Source: a virus
Length of the DNA stretch: 64,000 bases
Reading direction: 5' to 3' (one strand)
IMG/VR virus record: IMGVR_UViG_3300026382_000175
Location: 1-64,000 of that record
The translations under genes were made by a program, and so were the position numbers. This document shows positions 19,238 through 28,972 of this stretch, piece by piece; the stretch's first letter is position 1; each line of letters begins with the position of its first letter. Under the pieces are notes generated by a model. It searched no databases, had not been told where the DNA came from, and worked only from the letters and a program-made list of their open reading frames with translations.

Positions 19238-20620
19238 TTAAGCATTCTTAACTTCAAGCTTACCTACGAACTGAGGAACAATAACTTCTACTCCAGCCCA
19301 TACAGCAACAGCCCTCTGGTTTGTTAGTGGGTTAGGAGAAAGTGGAATGAGGTCTGTTGTAGTAAGAGGCATATAAGGAGCATAAACTGCTGCACCTTCA
19401 AATGGGTTATCAGGATTGTAAACTCCTAGTGCTACATTAGCAGGGAGTGCATTAGCATCGTTAACCCTGATAACAGTTACTCCATCAAGAGTACCGAATA
19501 CATGAGCACCCATTGCCTTACCATCAGCAATCTTCTCAAATCCAGGGAGAGTTGAAAGAATGGATGCTACCTTAGCACCTGCTATGATAACATTAATAAC
19601 TCCTCTACCTGCATTCTGAACAATAGAACCTTCAAGATCTGCTAATGCATCCTTAGCTGTTTGCTTATGTTCAAAGTAGCTTACTCCATCTGGAGGAGTT
19701 TTATCCCAATTAATAACTCCACCAGCAGGATTAGCATTCATCTTCCTGATAAGGTCGCCACCAATTTCATTATTAATAGCTACAACCAGGTCTTTAGCTA
19801 GTTCATCTTCAGCTACAATTCCAAACCTTTGCCTGAGAGCATAGGATTGGAGAAGTCCTACTACTCCTTTAAGAGCATAAATCCTAGCTGTAACAGGTAC
19901 AGATTCAAATACAGAACCAATGCTAGGTAGATCTGCTTGAGCTTCTACATCAAGCTGATATCCAACTACAATAGAAGTTCCACTAGCAGGAGCATCAGCA
20001 AAGTGGAGTTCTACTGTACCAGTTTTGTAGTCAATAGAACCCCAAACTCCTACTCCAAGGATTACTCCATTACCATCATCCTTACCATAAACATTTCCAG
20101 CTTTAACTTGGAAAGTTTCAGGTCTTACAGGAACAGGTTCAATTGTTACTGTGAAGTCTTTAGTAGTACCATCTCCAGTAGCTACTTCTTTATCTGAGAT
20201 TACATTAGAAGCAAGTCCACTAGGAAGAACTGCTCCAGTTCTAGGGTCAATAATAGTATCTCCTGTGTCTTGCCTCTTGATTACTTTGAAGTAAACATTT
20301 CCACGCTCTTCTTCAATGTTCTGTACACTAGCTATGAAAGGAATAACAGAGTTACCATAAGCTACTGTGATAACATCAAAAGCTACTTTGGGAAGAGCTC
20401 CTAGTGAGCTAAGTCCATCTTCCCTAACAGTAGCTTCAAGCATTTCCCACTTTTCAAGTTCTTTACCAAGCTGAACTACATCCCAAGCTTGAACTCCTTT
20501 AAGCTTACCAAGGATAGTATGGGATTCAAGGGTTTCTACCTGCTCACGATACCTTTTAAAGTAGCTCTCTGCTTGTGCTTCTACTTCCCTAAGCTTCTTT
20601 TCAATAATGAGTTCGCTCAT
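19238..20620 (-). CDS. Major capsid protein (T4 gp23-like) with Ig-like insertion
   Basis: 'IASVQNI..ERG.VYF', 'V.ARIYALK', 'AVYAPYMPL' gp23 motifs; strong RBS. Confidence 0.93.
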   Translation of the reverse strand: MSELIIEKKLREVEAQAESYFKRYREQVETLESHTILGKLKGVQAWDVVQLGKELEKWEMLEATVREDGLSSLGALPKVAFDVITVAYGNSVIPFIASVQNIEEERGNVYFKVIKRQDTGDTIIDPRTGAVLPSGLASNVISDKEVATGDGTTKDFTVTIEPVPVRPETFQVKAGNVYGKDDGNGVILGVGVWGSIDYKTGTVELHFADAPASGTSIVVGYQLDVEAQADLPSIGSVFESVPVTARIYALKGVVGLLQSYALRQRFGIVAEDELAKDLVVAINNEIGGDLIRKMNANPAGGVINWDKTPPDGVSYFEHKQTAKDALADLEGSIVQNAGRGVINVIIAGAKVASILSTLPGFEKIADGKAMGAHVFGTLDGVTVIRVNDANALPANVALGVYNPDNPFEGAAVYAPYMPLTTTDLIPLSPNPLTNQRAVAVWAGVEVIVPQFVGKLEVKNA

Positions 20621-20662
20621 ATTAATCCTCCTTTGCTTGTTTAATTTGGATTGAATTGGATT

Positions 20663-20690
20663 TAACTAACCTGATAGTGCAGGTTAGTTA
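20663..20690 (-). promoter_or_regulatory. Stem-loop between scaffold and capsid genes
   Basis: Perfect 11-bp inverted repeat TAACTAACCTG/CAGGTTAGTTA. No U-tract on the coding strand, so possibly an mRNA stabiliser or processing site. Confidence 0.55.
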
Positions 20691-22073
20691 CTTGAGGAAT
20701 GATTCAGCTATCCTTACTGTTCTGGGTTTAAGGAACTTGGGAGTATCTTCTTTGGTTTCGTCTACCTTAGATGAGGAAACTTTATACTTATTAACATACT
20801 TAGCTGATTCAGTCATCCTAGAGAGAACTTCTTTAGCTTCCTCTACTCCTAACTTAGAAACTAACCTTTCTACAACTTCCTTGTCTGCTTTAAACTCTTT
20901 AGCTAGTTCCTCTACTTGCTTATTGAGTTTTTCCTCCTTGAGCTTAAGGAGAACCTGCTCTATACCTTTAAGGAATTCTTCAACCTCTTCTAATGAACCT
21001 ACCCTAGACTGGAAGTCTGCTAGTTTTTCTAGTGTGGATTTAGCTTTTTCTAAGGTTTCCTTAATTTCTTCAGGAGTACCTAACTCAAGGTACTTTTCAA
21101 GAGTTTCTTTAGACTTGAGGAGAGACTCTTCAACTTCTTCAGGAGAACCTATTTTGAGGTAAGCTTTGAGGATTTCCTCAGACTCTTTTAGAGCCTCTTT
21201 AATCTCCTCAGGAGTACCTAGTACCTCATACTTAACAAGAGTTTCTTTGAGGGATTTGAGCTCCTCTTCTACCTTAGTGAGGCTCTCCTTTACAGATTTA
21301 GCTTCCTCTTGGTTCTTTTGGAGCCCTTCAAGTTGTCTTTTGAGTTCCTCATTTTCCTTAAGAACTTTGTCTAGCTCTTTTTCTAGTTCTACTTTCTCTT
21401 TAGTAAGTTGTTCAAGGACTTGTTCCATAGCCATGCTCTTATCCTCCTTAACCTGAATTTGATTAAAGTTAGTTTGGTTGTCTGATATACTACATATACC
21501 TCCTAAACATTCCTTTAAGTCTTGCTTTATGGATTCAACTAGTTCAGGGTTAGCTTGTAAGAATCCTGGGTCATAAACGAAATCAAAACCTATCAGTTCA
21601 TACTTATCAGGATTTAAAGCTGGGACTTTACCAGTAGGGTCTTTACCTTCATATTCTCCAAATGCTCTAGAGGATACATAGAGTTTAGCTCCTGCTCTTA
21701 ATAAAGTATTAAGAACCCTACCAGCAGGAGTGTTAAGAATTAGAGCTTCTCCTATACCTCTACCTTGCTCATCTATGTAGAGGTTAGTTACTATGTGAGA
21801 AATCTTACCTTCTGCTATTGTGTTGTCGTTTATAGGAGTATCATGACCAATAGTTCCAAACATTCGTCTTTCTTTAAGCTTCTTTTGGATATCTGGATTG
21901 GATATTACCTTTTCCCAAAGCTTACGAGGGTAGAAGCGATTGTTTCTAGAGTAACCATCTGGTACAAAGAATTGGCCTTTTACCTTACCTAAGATGTGAA
22001 TACCATCTACTTCGTTAGACTCTTGCAGTGTGAACTGAATTTGTGGTTCTATGAGGTCAACTAACCTTTCCAT
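20688..22073 (-). CDS. Prohead protease (gp21-like) fused to coiled-coil scaffold; nested scaffold start at 21434
   Basis: 'SRNNRFYP', 'FGTIGH', 'ISHIVT', 'ILNTPAG', 'VSSRAFG', 'FDFVYDPG'; internal GGAGG-N8-ATG; 23-aa GTPEEI repeats. Confidence 0.92.
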   Translation of the reverse strand: MERLVDLIEPQIQFTLQESNEVDGIHILGKVKGQFFVPDGYSRNNRFYPRKLWEKVISNPDIQKKLKERRMFGTIGHDTPINDNTIAEGKISHIVTNLYIDEQGRGIGEALILNTPAGRVLNTLLRAGAKLYVSSRAFGEYEGKDPTGKVPALNPDKYELIGFDFVYDPGFLQANPELVESIKQDLKECLGGICSISDNQTNFNQIQVKEDKSMAMEQVLEQLTKEKVELEKELDKVLKENEELKRQLEGLQKNQEEAKSVKESLTKVEEELKSLKETLVKYEVLGTPEEIKEALKESEEILKAYLKIGSPEEVEESLLKSKETLEKYLELGTPEEIKETLEKAKSTLEKLADFQSRVGSLEEVEEFLKGIEQVLLKLKEEKLNKQVEELAKEFKADKEVVERLVSKLGVEEAKEVLSRMTESAKYVNKYKVSSSKVDETKEDTPKFLKPRTVRIAESFLK

Positions 22074-22998
22074 CGTATTTCCTCACTAATTCAAGAAATA
22101 GTGAAACTGGGATTGTTTTTATAATTTGGCACTGAGAACCTTTTATGTTAGAGTAGCTGATACTAGGGTAGTTGTAAGCAACTCTACTCTTCTCTAATGG
22201 ATCAAATAGTATCTTAGACTTATCTCCTGATATTATCAATGCATGGTTTACTTTAGGTTCACCTTGCTGTGATAAGGTTATAGAAGGGTTATTACCACAA
22301 GACACTAAAGCTATTGAGTGAGAGTGATACTTATCAGGGTTGTCATAAACCTGCTTTGCTACCTGAGCATAGCAGGAAGAGTTAGCAGGATTGTTAGAGA
22401 GGGCGAAAAGTAGCATTTTCTTTAACACATCTTTTACTGTAAACAAGTCCTCTCCTATTATGTCTAGGAGGAATTCTACATCCTCTTTATCAAGTCTATT
22501 CTCTATAAGAACCTTCTTCTCTATTTCCTCTATTAGAGGTAATACTTCTTCAGTAAAGAGCTCGTACTCAACTTCTTCTAAGAGTGGTTTGTAGTAAGCT
22601 CCTTCTATATACCAATGGGTTTTAAGGCTGGAGAGTAGCTTGAGGAATTCGTATCTTTCTGATGGGGGTAAATAAGATTCACTCCTGAATAACCTAGTAG
22701 CTAAGAATCTACCTAGTGCTCTGTGAAACCTTTTACCAGATATAGATTTGTGCCACTTTCTTAGAGCTAAGAGGTATTTAGTTCTGTACTTTTTCCAGTT
22801 CTGCTTTTGGATTAAAGAACGCTTCCTATCTTTTAACCTTTTCTTTAGAGGTTTACGACGCTTAATAATACCTTGCCAGATTTCTTCAATGGCTTCTTGT
22901 GAGAGGTTTTCTACATCATTAAGGGTTTCATATTGGTTTAGTAAACCTGCTTCAGAAAGAAGTAATATTTTGTCGTTTGGGTCTCTAAACTTTATCAT
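22057..22998 (-). CDS. Hypothetical prohead core-like protein
   Basis: Highly basic segment; position upstream of the protease, like T4 core genes. Confidence 0.5.
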   Translation of the reverse strand: MIKFRDPNDKILLLSEAGLLNQYETLNDVENLSQEAIEEIWQGIIKRRKPLKKRLKDRKRSLIQKQNWKKYRTKYLLALRKWHKSISGKRFHRALGRFLATRLFRSESYLPPSERYEFLKLLSSLKTHWYIEGAYYKPLLEEVEYELFTEEVLPLIEEIEKKVLIENRLDKEDVEFLLDIIGEDLFTVKDVLKKMLLFALSNNPANSSCYAQVAKQVYDNPDKYHSHSIALVSCGNNPSITLSQQGEPKVNHALIISGDKSKILFDPLEKSRVAYNYPSISYSNIKGSQCQIIKTIPVSLFLELVRKYDGKVS

Positions 22999-23723
22999 TG
23001 GGTTGCCCTTTTGAACTGTTCTAAGTAATCTAGAGCCTTCTTAACTATCCTGCGAGTTAACCTAGAAGTACAAGGAAACTCATCAAAATAAGTCCAATAA
23101 GTATTTCCATACTTTACGAGGGAATTCCTTATCTTTCTACACTGTTCTAGGGTAGAATTAGATAAGTAGTTCCTAAACTGCTTTTCTATAATTGGGTAAA
23201 CAAAGGCTAAAGTTGCATAAGTAACAGCAAAAGCTTCAACTTCTATTGGATTAAGATGGTAAACAGGAGACTTCTTTAAAGCATTACCTTTGTGCTGGAA
23301 GTAATGAACCAGTTCATGGAGTAAAGTGCTTAGGAAGGAAGCTAATAACTTTCTCTCTGGAAATTTTACTACCTCATCTTTTAAAAGGTAGATGTGGATA
23401 GACTTAGGTTGAGGTTTATATCTACCAGCTACGCTTTTACTCTCTACAATCCAAAAGTTAACTGAAACGGACTCTCCTTTAGGCAAGGAGAGAGTAAAAG
23501 CAAGCCAAACATAACTATCAGTATATTCCCAAAACTTAACTCCTAAGTTTGAGTGATGGATGTAGTCTCCTAAACAATAATAGAAGTTTTGAGACCTTTT
23601 ACAGTACTTTACTCCCTGCTTTAACTCCTTAACAAACCTACTAGAAAAGTCCAGTAAAGAAGATAAGTCTATTTTGTTAATAAACCTCTCCAATAAGCTT
23701 AACACTTGTCTTGAAAGAGTCAT
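22995..23723 (-). CDS. Zincin-like metallopeptidase
   Basis: 'LLHELVHYFQH...Y...P.EVEAFA' HExxH motif plus downstream Glu. Confidence 0.75.
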   Translation of the reverse strand: MTLSRQVLSLLERFINKIDLSSLLDFSSRFVKELKQGVKYCKRSQNFYYCLGDYIHHSNLGVKFWEYTDSYVWLAFTLSLPKGESVSVNFWIVESKSVAGRYKPQPKSIHIYLLKDEVVKFPERKLLASFLSTLLHELVHYFQHKGNALKKSPVYHLNPIEVEAFAVTYATLAFVYPIIEKQFRNYLSNSTLEQCRKIRNSLVKYGNTYWTYFDEFPCTSRLTRRIVKKALDYLEQFKRATQ

Positions 23724-24295
23724 CTTTTCTTACCACCATACCTGTACTGTTCTGGGTACCAAAGGATTTGACCTTTTACCATACCTGTTTTGAAGAGCTT
23801 ATTACACACTAATACCAGATGTTTACAAAGTGCAGGCACTTTAAAAGGGTTCCTCACCTTATTAGGTACTTTGTTCCAAGGAGATGTTATCCTTGCTAAG
23901 CTTGCTCTAATGTAGAGTGGATAGGCTAAAAAGTATCTAAAGGCTTCACATTGACACCACACTTCACAAGGTAAGTCCCAGTTCCATTCTATATCTTCAT
24001 TCTTCCTGTGTAACTGAATAATACAGTTGAAAAACTTTCCTGGTCTGGTAGCTGATTTAACTCTAGCCCATATGTCTAAAGAAAGTAGGTCTTCAGATAG
24101 TTTAAACCTGATTATCTTTACTGGTTGAGGAGGAATAGGGTCATACTTGAAAACTTCATAAGGAAAGTTTACATATAGCTGATGTAAGGTTACTTTAGAC
24201 TTCCTACGCTTCCATCTAGGTAACTCTACTATCTGAGATGGATCAGGTTTATTAGACTTTTCTAGCAATCTTAAAACCTCTTGGGATAGGTTCAT
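23720..24295 (-). CDS. SWIM zinc-finger-like protein
   Basis: 'VWCQCEAF...P.KVRNP....LCKHL'. Confidence 0.7.
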   Translation of the reverse strand: MNLSQEVLRLLEKSNKPDPSQIVELPRWKRRKSKVTLHQLYVNFPYEVFKYDPIPPQPVKIIRFKLSEDLLSLDIWARVKSATRPGKFFNCIIQLHRKNEDIEWNWDLPCEVWCQCEAFRYFLAYPLYIRASLARITSPWNKVPNKVRNPFKVPALCKHLVLVCNKLFKTGMVKGQILWYPEQYRYGGKKR

Positions 24296-24297
24296 TA

Positions 24298-24801
24298 CTA
24301 CTTACCTTTAGAAAGCTTTTTGAGTTCTGTAAAGAGGGTTATAAAGGCTTCTCTCATACCCTTTAATACTGAGTCCTGTTCAAACCTCTTTACTGAGGAT
24401 AAAGTGTCTTGGGAAAGCTCTTCTTTAGATATCACTAGTTTAGTTTGTAATCTTTGAGGTAGTCCTGGAACATATTCTCTAGCTTTGGAAAAGCCTGCTG
24501 AAACTTGAAGAACCACTCTATCAGAAAGCTCATTAGCTAAAACCTGAAGAGAGGCTACTGAGTATCTAGCATCAGGCTTCTTAGAAAAGTCTAACCAGAT
24601 TCCATCTTTCTTGGTAAACTTTACTTTTACTATTGCCTCATAAGTAAATGTTCTTCCAGGGAAGATAGCATCTTGAGGGTCAGTAGGCCACTCTGGTATT
24701 AGGTACATTAAAAGTTCTCTTATAAACCATCTTAAGTTTAGGTCTTGCTTATCAGTTAGCTCTTCTAACAAGAGGTTGAGGTTATCTATTAACCTACCCA
24801 T
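24298..24801 (-). CDS. Hypothetical (putative internal head) protein
   Basis: RBS present; N-terminal LNLLLEE leader. Confidence 0.65.
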   Translation of the reverse strand: MGRLIDNLNLLLEELTDKQDLNLRWFIRELLMYLIPEWPTDPQDAIFPGRTFTYEAIVKVKFTKKDGIWLDFSKKPDARYSVASLQVLANELSDRVVLQVSAGFSKAREYVPGLPQRLQTKLVISKEELSQDTLSSVKRFEQDSVLKGMREAFITLFTELKKLSKGK

Positions 24802-24813
24802 TTACTACTCCTC

Positions 24814-24888
24814 TTAGATTAATATTGAAGATTGTTGAAGTTTCTCTATTGTGTCTTCGTATAAATCCTTACCTTCTGATGCTAGGAT
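24814..24888 (-). pseudogene. Stranded duplicate 3' end of the neck gene
   Basis: Encodes ILASEGKDLYEDTIEKLQQSSILI*, versus ILASEGQKLYEDTIETLRQTSILL* at 26014-26088. Confidence 0.9.
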
Positions 24889-24893
24889 TAAAA

Positions 24894-26004
24894 TCAGCTT
24901 AAATTCCACTTATAACCATAGTCTTGTTTAATTGGTTCTGGACAAGAACCAATGTAGTTAAGAAACTTAATAGTCTCATCTGGGTTTAATCTGATAACTG
25001 GATATTTCTCTTTTGAAATATGATACTTAACTTTAATACCTACTTCACTAAACTTCTCAATTAAGAACCCTACATCTTCAAGTAAAAAAAGAATTCGTAT
25101 AAAGGTGAATATAAGGTCTTCTTTTCTTATTGTATCTCTTTATCAGACTCCCATCTCCAATATACCAATGTAAACAAACTATTGGAGTTAACTCCAAATC
25201 TTTTGGTACTATCTTTTTACCCTCTGGATACCATCTAAGATATTGCTCTGTTAGGCAAGGATAGGGTTTTGTTATAAAATGATAAGTAACACTGTTAAAT
25301 CGCTTATGTTCTTTCCTATAAATTCTTGAACACTCCAAACCTTCATCAATAAACTGTTGTCTTAGCCATTCTATATAATTCTTGTGTTTATCTCCATGTT
25401 GATAATAAGCATTTCCTTTTACTCTCTTATCTTTTGTTAAACAACCATCCCCTAAAAGAAGACCATCCAACATTTGTTTAAATTCTTCTGATAAAGTAAG
25501 ATTATAATTTTTAACAGTTGAACAGGCTTCTTTCTTCTCTCTCCTTTCTATATTGTGTCTTATCAACCAAATTCTTATAGTCTCATCGTCAACGCCTAAT
25601 TCCTTTGCAATCTGGCAAGAAGATTTCCTGTTTACTACATACTCCTGATATAACCGATCTTTATCCATATAAGGTTTAAATTCTTCTCTTGTCTTAAACC
25701 CAAACTTCTTAAAATAAAAGTCCAACGATGGAGGAATAATACCACATTCCCTAGCTATCTGAGATTTAGACTTCTTTAGAACATAATACTGATAATAAAG
25801 CCAATCCTTATCCTTGTAATACTCCTTCTTATTAAGATTTTTCTTTACATTAGGTTCTCTTCTTGGAATGTCAAACCTGATTAACCAATTTCTTATTGTA
25901 GCAGGGTCAACTTTTAACTCTTTTGCTATCTGTCTGGTAGACTTGCCTAATTCCCAATATTGGTGATAAAGCCAATCTTTATCCTTATAAGGTTTGTTTA
26001 CCAC
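24894..26004 (-). mobile_element. Free-standing LAGLIDADG homing endonuclease with three N-terminal HTH repeats; frameshifted at a T7 run
   Basis: 'GLLLGDGCL' and 'WYIGDGS' motifs; 3x 'YKDKDWLY..Y...K.S..QIA.E.G'. The C-terminus (LEDVGFLIEKF...KFLNYIG..P...YGYKW) continues in another frame to a stop at 24894. Confidence 0.9.
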
Positions 26005-26013
26005 TTATAACCT

Positions 26014-26610
26014 CTACAACAATATTGAGGTTTGTCTTAAGGTTTCAATTGTATCTTCATAAAGCTTTTGTCCTTCAGATGCAAGTATTTCGGAATCATT
26101 GGTAATTGGAAGATCATTCAATGAAAAGCTTCTCCTACTCCTAGCTAATCCCATTAAGAACTCTGCTGTTATTAAGTCTAGGTAAAGCTCATCCTCAAGT
26201 TCTATAAACTTTTTACCTGAATCATCAGTTTTGATTTCCCACTCAAACCAAGCTACAACTTCTGCTTTACCATTGAAGTTAGTGTAGAGAGTAGGTTTCC
26301 TATACTCCCACTCTATAAATGGGGTATTTCCAGATTGAGTAGCTATTTGTAGTAGTGGATTGAATACAGTAGAGTAGCAAGGATTTACATCTGATATGTA
26401 GTAAGGTATGTTTTCAGTAAAAGTGTATTGGTAGTTAGTTAGGGTTATAAAGAGCTTTTCCCTAATAGGTTTATACTTAGAGTAAGTTTTGAGAGTCTTT
26501 TTAACTAAAACCTCAAACTTATCGTAGTCTAGCTCTACATCATCTTTACCTATTAAGAACTGACCTGAACGGATAAGGATTAAGTTAAAGAGCTCTTCCA
26601 AGGTTAACAT
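26014..26610 (-). CDS. Neck / head-tail adaptor protein (gp13-like)
   Basis: 'LARSRRSF....LPI.ND...LASEG..L' resembles the gp13 C-terminus; synteny. Confidence 0.6.
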   Translation of the reverse strand: MLTLEELFNLILIRSGQFLIGKDDVELDYDKFEVLVKKTLKTYSKYKPIREKLFITLTNYQYTFTENIPYYISDVNPCYSTVFNPLLQIATQSGNTPFIEWEYRKPTLYTNFNGKAEVVAWFEWEIKTDDSGKKFIELEDELYLDLITAEFLMGLARSRRSFSLNDLPITNDSEILASEGQKLYEDTIETLRQTSILL

Positions 26611-26613
26611 TGA

Positions 26614-26862
26614 TTAATCCTCTTTCTTAGGTTTCCTACCTCTCTTAGGTTTAAAGTCTTGCTTTACCTCTTTAGGAGAATCTTCTTTAATAGATTGAGG
26701 TTTAGGTTCTTCAGTTACTACCTTTAGTACTCCTTTAGTGAGGAGTAGTTTTACTGGAGGTAAGTTAGCTAGGTCTTTAGAGTATTGAGTAGGGAATTCG
26801 TATCTTTTGCCTCTGTAGTTTACTATGACCTTACCTTTAGCAGTAGGTTTTATAGTTTTCAT
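26614..26862 (-). CDS. Small basic hypothetical protein
   Basis: GGAGG RBS; C-terminal 'PKRGRKPK'. Confidence 0.65.
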   Translation of the reverse strand: MKTIKPTAKGKVIVNYRGKRYEFPTQYSKDLANLPPVKLLLTKGVLKVVTEEPKPQSIKEDSPKEVKQDFKPKRGRKPKKED

Positions 26863-26874
26863 AATTAATCCTCC

Positions 26875-27480
26875 TTAACTTACCTTACACTTTTTAAGCT
26901 TAAACTTAGGTTTTAAAGATTGAGCTTTTACTCTTTTAAGATTAGCTTTAACTATCTCAGGTAATTTACCTTTCCTTACTAGAGGTAATCTTTCTCTACG
27001 ATTACCTCTTATAACATGGTAAGACTCAGGTATTAGCTTACCAGCTAAGAATAGAGCTGATACTACAGATTTCTTAAGCCAAGTTAGAGGTTCATCCCAA
27101 TCTATTCCTGCTGATATAGTGTAGTAAGCTAGTGGAACTTCTAAATTGGTTAGGTTTACTTCTATTGGTTCATCATCTGGACTAACTACTACTGCTAAGA
27201 CTTCGTTATCTACTACTGTAAAGAATACATCTACCTCTTCCTTAGTTTCAGGATTAGTAAACCTGATTAAGAGCTCTCCTGTGTTAGGGTCAAAGGAAAG
27301 GATTTTAGGTTCTATGTTAGAGTAGCCTAAGTAGTTGAGGTACTCTTTAAACCTGTTTTCCAACTCCTGTATGTCTAACTCTACTTCATCATAGGTTATT
27401 AAAGCTAGAGGGTTGCTAGGAATAACTCCTAGAGTAGATAAGTCTTCTAACATCTGGTTAAGTTGTTGGATTAGCTTCAT
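26875..27480 (-). CDS. Hypothetical prohead core-like protein
   Basis: Follows the portal; acidic N-terminus, basic C-terminus; LNQMLE leader. Confidence 0.6.
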   Translation of the reverse strand: MKLIQQLNQMLEDLSTLGVIPSNPLALITYDEVELDIQELENRFKEYLNYLGYSNIEPKILSFDPNTGELLIRFTNPETKEEVDVFFTVVDNEVLAVVVSPDDEPIEVNLTNLEVPLAYYTISAGIDWDEPLTWLKKSVVSALFLAGKLIPESYHVIRGNRRERLPLVRKGKLPEIVKANLKRVKAQSLKPKFKLKKCKVS

Positions 27481-28972
27481 AGTCTTGTTCCTCTCCAGGG
27501 AGTTGAATTAAGGAGTCTAAACCTATCTTACTGAGTTCGTTGTTAAGGTATTCAGCAAAACCTTCTGTGTTTACATATTGAGAAAGGTTTTCATCACTCT
27601 GTAAGTCATTAACAAACCTGTGGATGTCTGAAAGGTTTTGAGTTATGGTTACTGCGTACTCAATCTTATCTAAGTCGTCTATATTGATGATTGAGTTGGT
27701 AAACCTAATTGAAAAGTCTTCAGGAGTTACTGATATACCTTTGTTAATAAGGTGGATAAGGGTAAGCTCTCTTAATCCATCTACAATAGCTTTCTGTATG
27801 TACTTAAGCTTACGATAGTACCTAGAGTACCTCTTTAAGATTTCATTCTTAGTACTATCTCCTGAGTTGAAAACAAGCTCAGGAGGAATACCTACACTGG
27901 TTAATATAACTTGCCTTAAGTCCTGAATTGAATCTAACAGGTTGGAGGACTCTTCAGGTTTGTAGTCCAGTTTAGTAATTTGACCTTTCTCTGAGGTAAC
28001 AGGTATTACTTTTATCCTACCAGCTCCTTTTAGGATTTCCACTATTGAGAGCTGGTCTAGGTCTTTATCTACTGATACACCTAGAGAATTAAGCTTCCTC
28101 TCTAGTTGTTTAGCAAAGTCTGAAGCTTCCTCAGGAGACATAGTAGGAGATACATATACTCCTACTACATTACCTTTAGAGAGGAGTTGAATTTGAGAAG
28201 CAGGTACTAACTTTTCTAGTAAGTCAAGTTCTTTAATCTTCTTAATAACTCCTGATGTAAAGAGAGGAGTTCCTATCTTAAGGAAGGAGGGTAGCTTCTT
28301 CCTCTCTTCCTCACTAAAGTAAGATAAGAACCCTTTACCTAGCCTTAACCTGATTCTTCTAGCATTAACAAAGAATACTACGAAGTCTGTTGGATTATAG
28401 TAGAAGTTAGGTTTGCCTTTATCATCTAACTTGAGGTAGAACTCCAAATCAGTCCCTTTATAGAAAGGTATTACTTCATAAGGTAAATAATCATCTTTGA
28501 TTTCTACTATACCTTGACCTTCCTCTATTATTGGCTTAAGAGTGTAAGAACCGAAAGCTATTAGGTCTGGAGTTATGTCCTGTACTAACCTATCTATATC
28601 AAACCTAAGTTGAAAGTCTTCTAGAGCTTTAGCTAATTCTGGATTATCAATATTAGGAGTTATCTCTATAATGTTGTCTGATGATACATCAGGAGTTAAT
28701 GTATCAAAGGTAAATTGGTCTAGGATTACTTCTGCTATATAGGTTTCTCTTACCCTCTCTATTTCCTTGTAAAACTTTTGATAATCCCTAGAAACCTCTA
28801 GGTACTTAGAAACTACCTCTGTTATTACTTTGTAGTCTTTTTGAGTAAACTGAATTGGAGAGTTAGTTGAATTGGTTTGAGTTGGTTTGTAGTTTTCAGG
28901 TAAGTTTAGCTCTAACCCTAAACCTGAGAGTATTTTAGATAGCAATCCCATTTTAGTTTCCTTGTCATTCAA
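27458..28972 (-). CDS. Portal protein (gp20-like)
   Basis: Size, position after the terminase, and 'IQDLRQVILTSVGIPPELV...RYSRYYRKLKYIQ'. Confidence 0.8.
   Translation of the reverse strand: MNDKETKMGLLSKILSGLGLELNLPENYKPTQTNSTNSPIQFTQKDYKVITEVVSKYLEVSRDYQKFYKEIERVRETYIAEVILDQFTFDTLTPDVSSDNIIEITPNIDNPELAKALEDFQLRFDIDRLVQDITPDLIAFGSYTLKPIIEEGQGIVEIKDDYLPYEVIPFYKGTDLEFYLKLDDKGKPNFYYNPTDFVVFFVNARRIRLRLGKGFLSYFSEEERKKLPSFLKIGTPLFTSGVIKKIKELDLLEKLVPASQIQLLSKGNVVGVYVSPTMSPEEASDFAKQLERKLNSLGVSVDKDLDQLSIVEILKGAGRIKVIPVTSEKGQITKLDYKPEESSNLLDSIQDLRQVILTSVGIPPELVFNSGDSTKNEILKRYSRYYRKLKYIQKAIVDGLRELTLIHLINKGISVTPEDFSIRFTNSIINIDDLDKIEYAVTITQNLSDIHRFVNDLQSDENLSQYVNTEGFAEYLNNELSKIGLDSLIQLPGEEQDYEANPTT

Noticed and set aside
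18646-23014. Plus-strand ORFs at 18646, 19937, 20656, 21166, 21765, 22391 and 22748
   Set aside because: Antisense shadows of well-supported structural genes; Ser/Leu-rich with no RBS.
24894-26010. Group I intron around the LAGLIDADG gene
   Set aside because: There is no room for a ribozyme core (under 10 nt on each side), and the upstream gene already has a complete 3' end.
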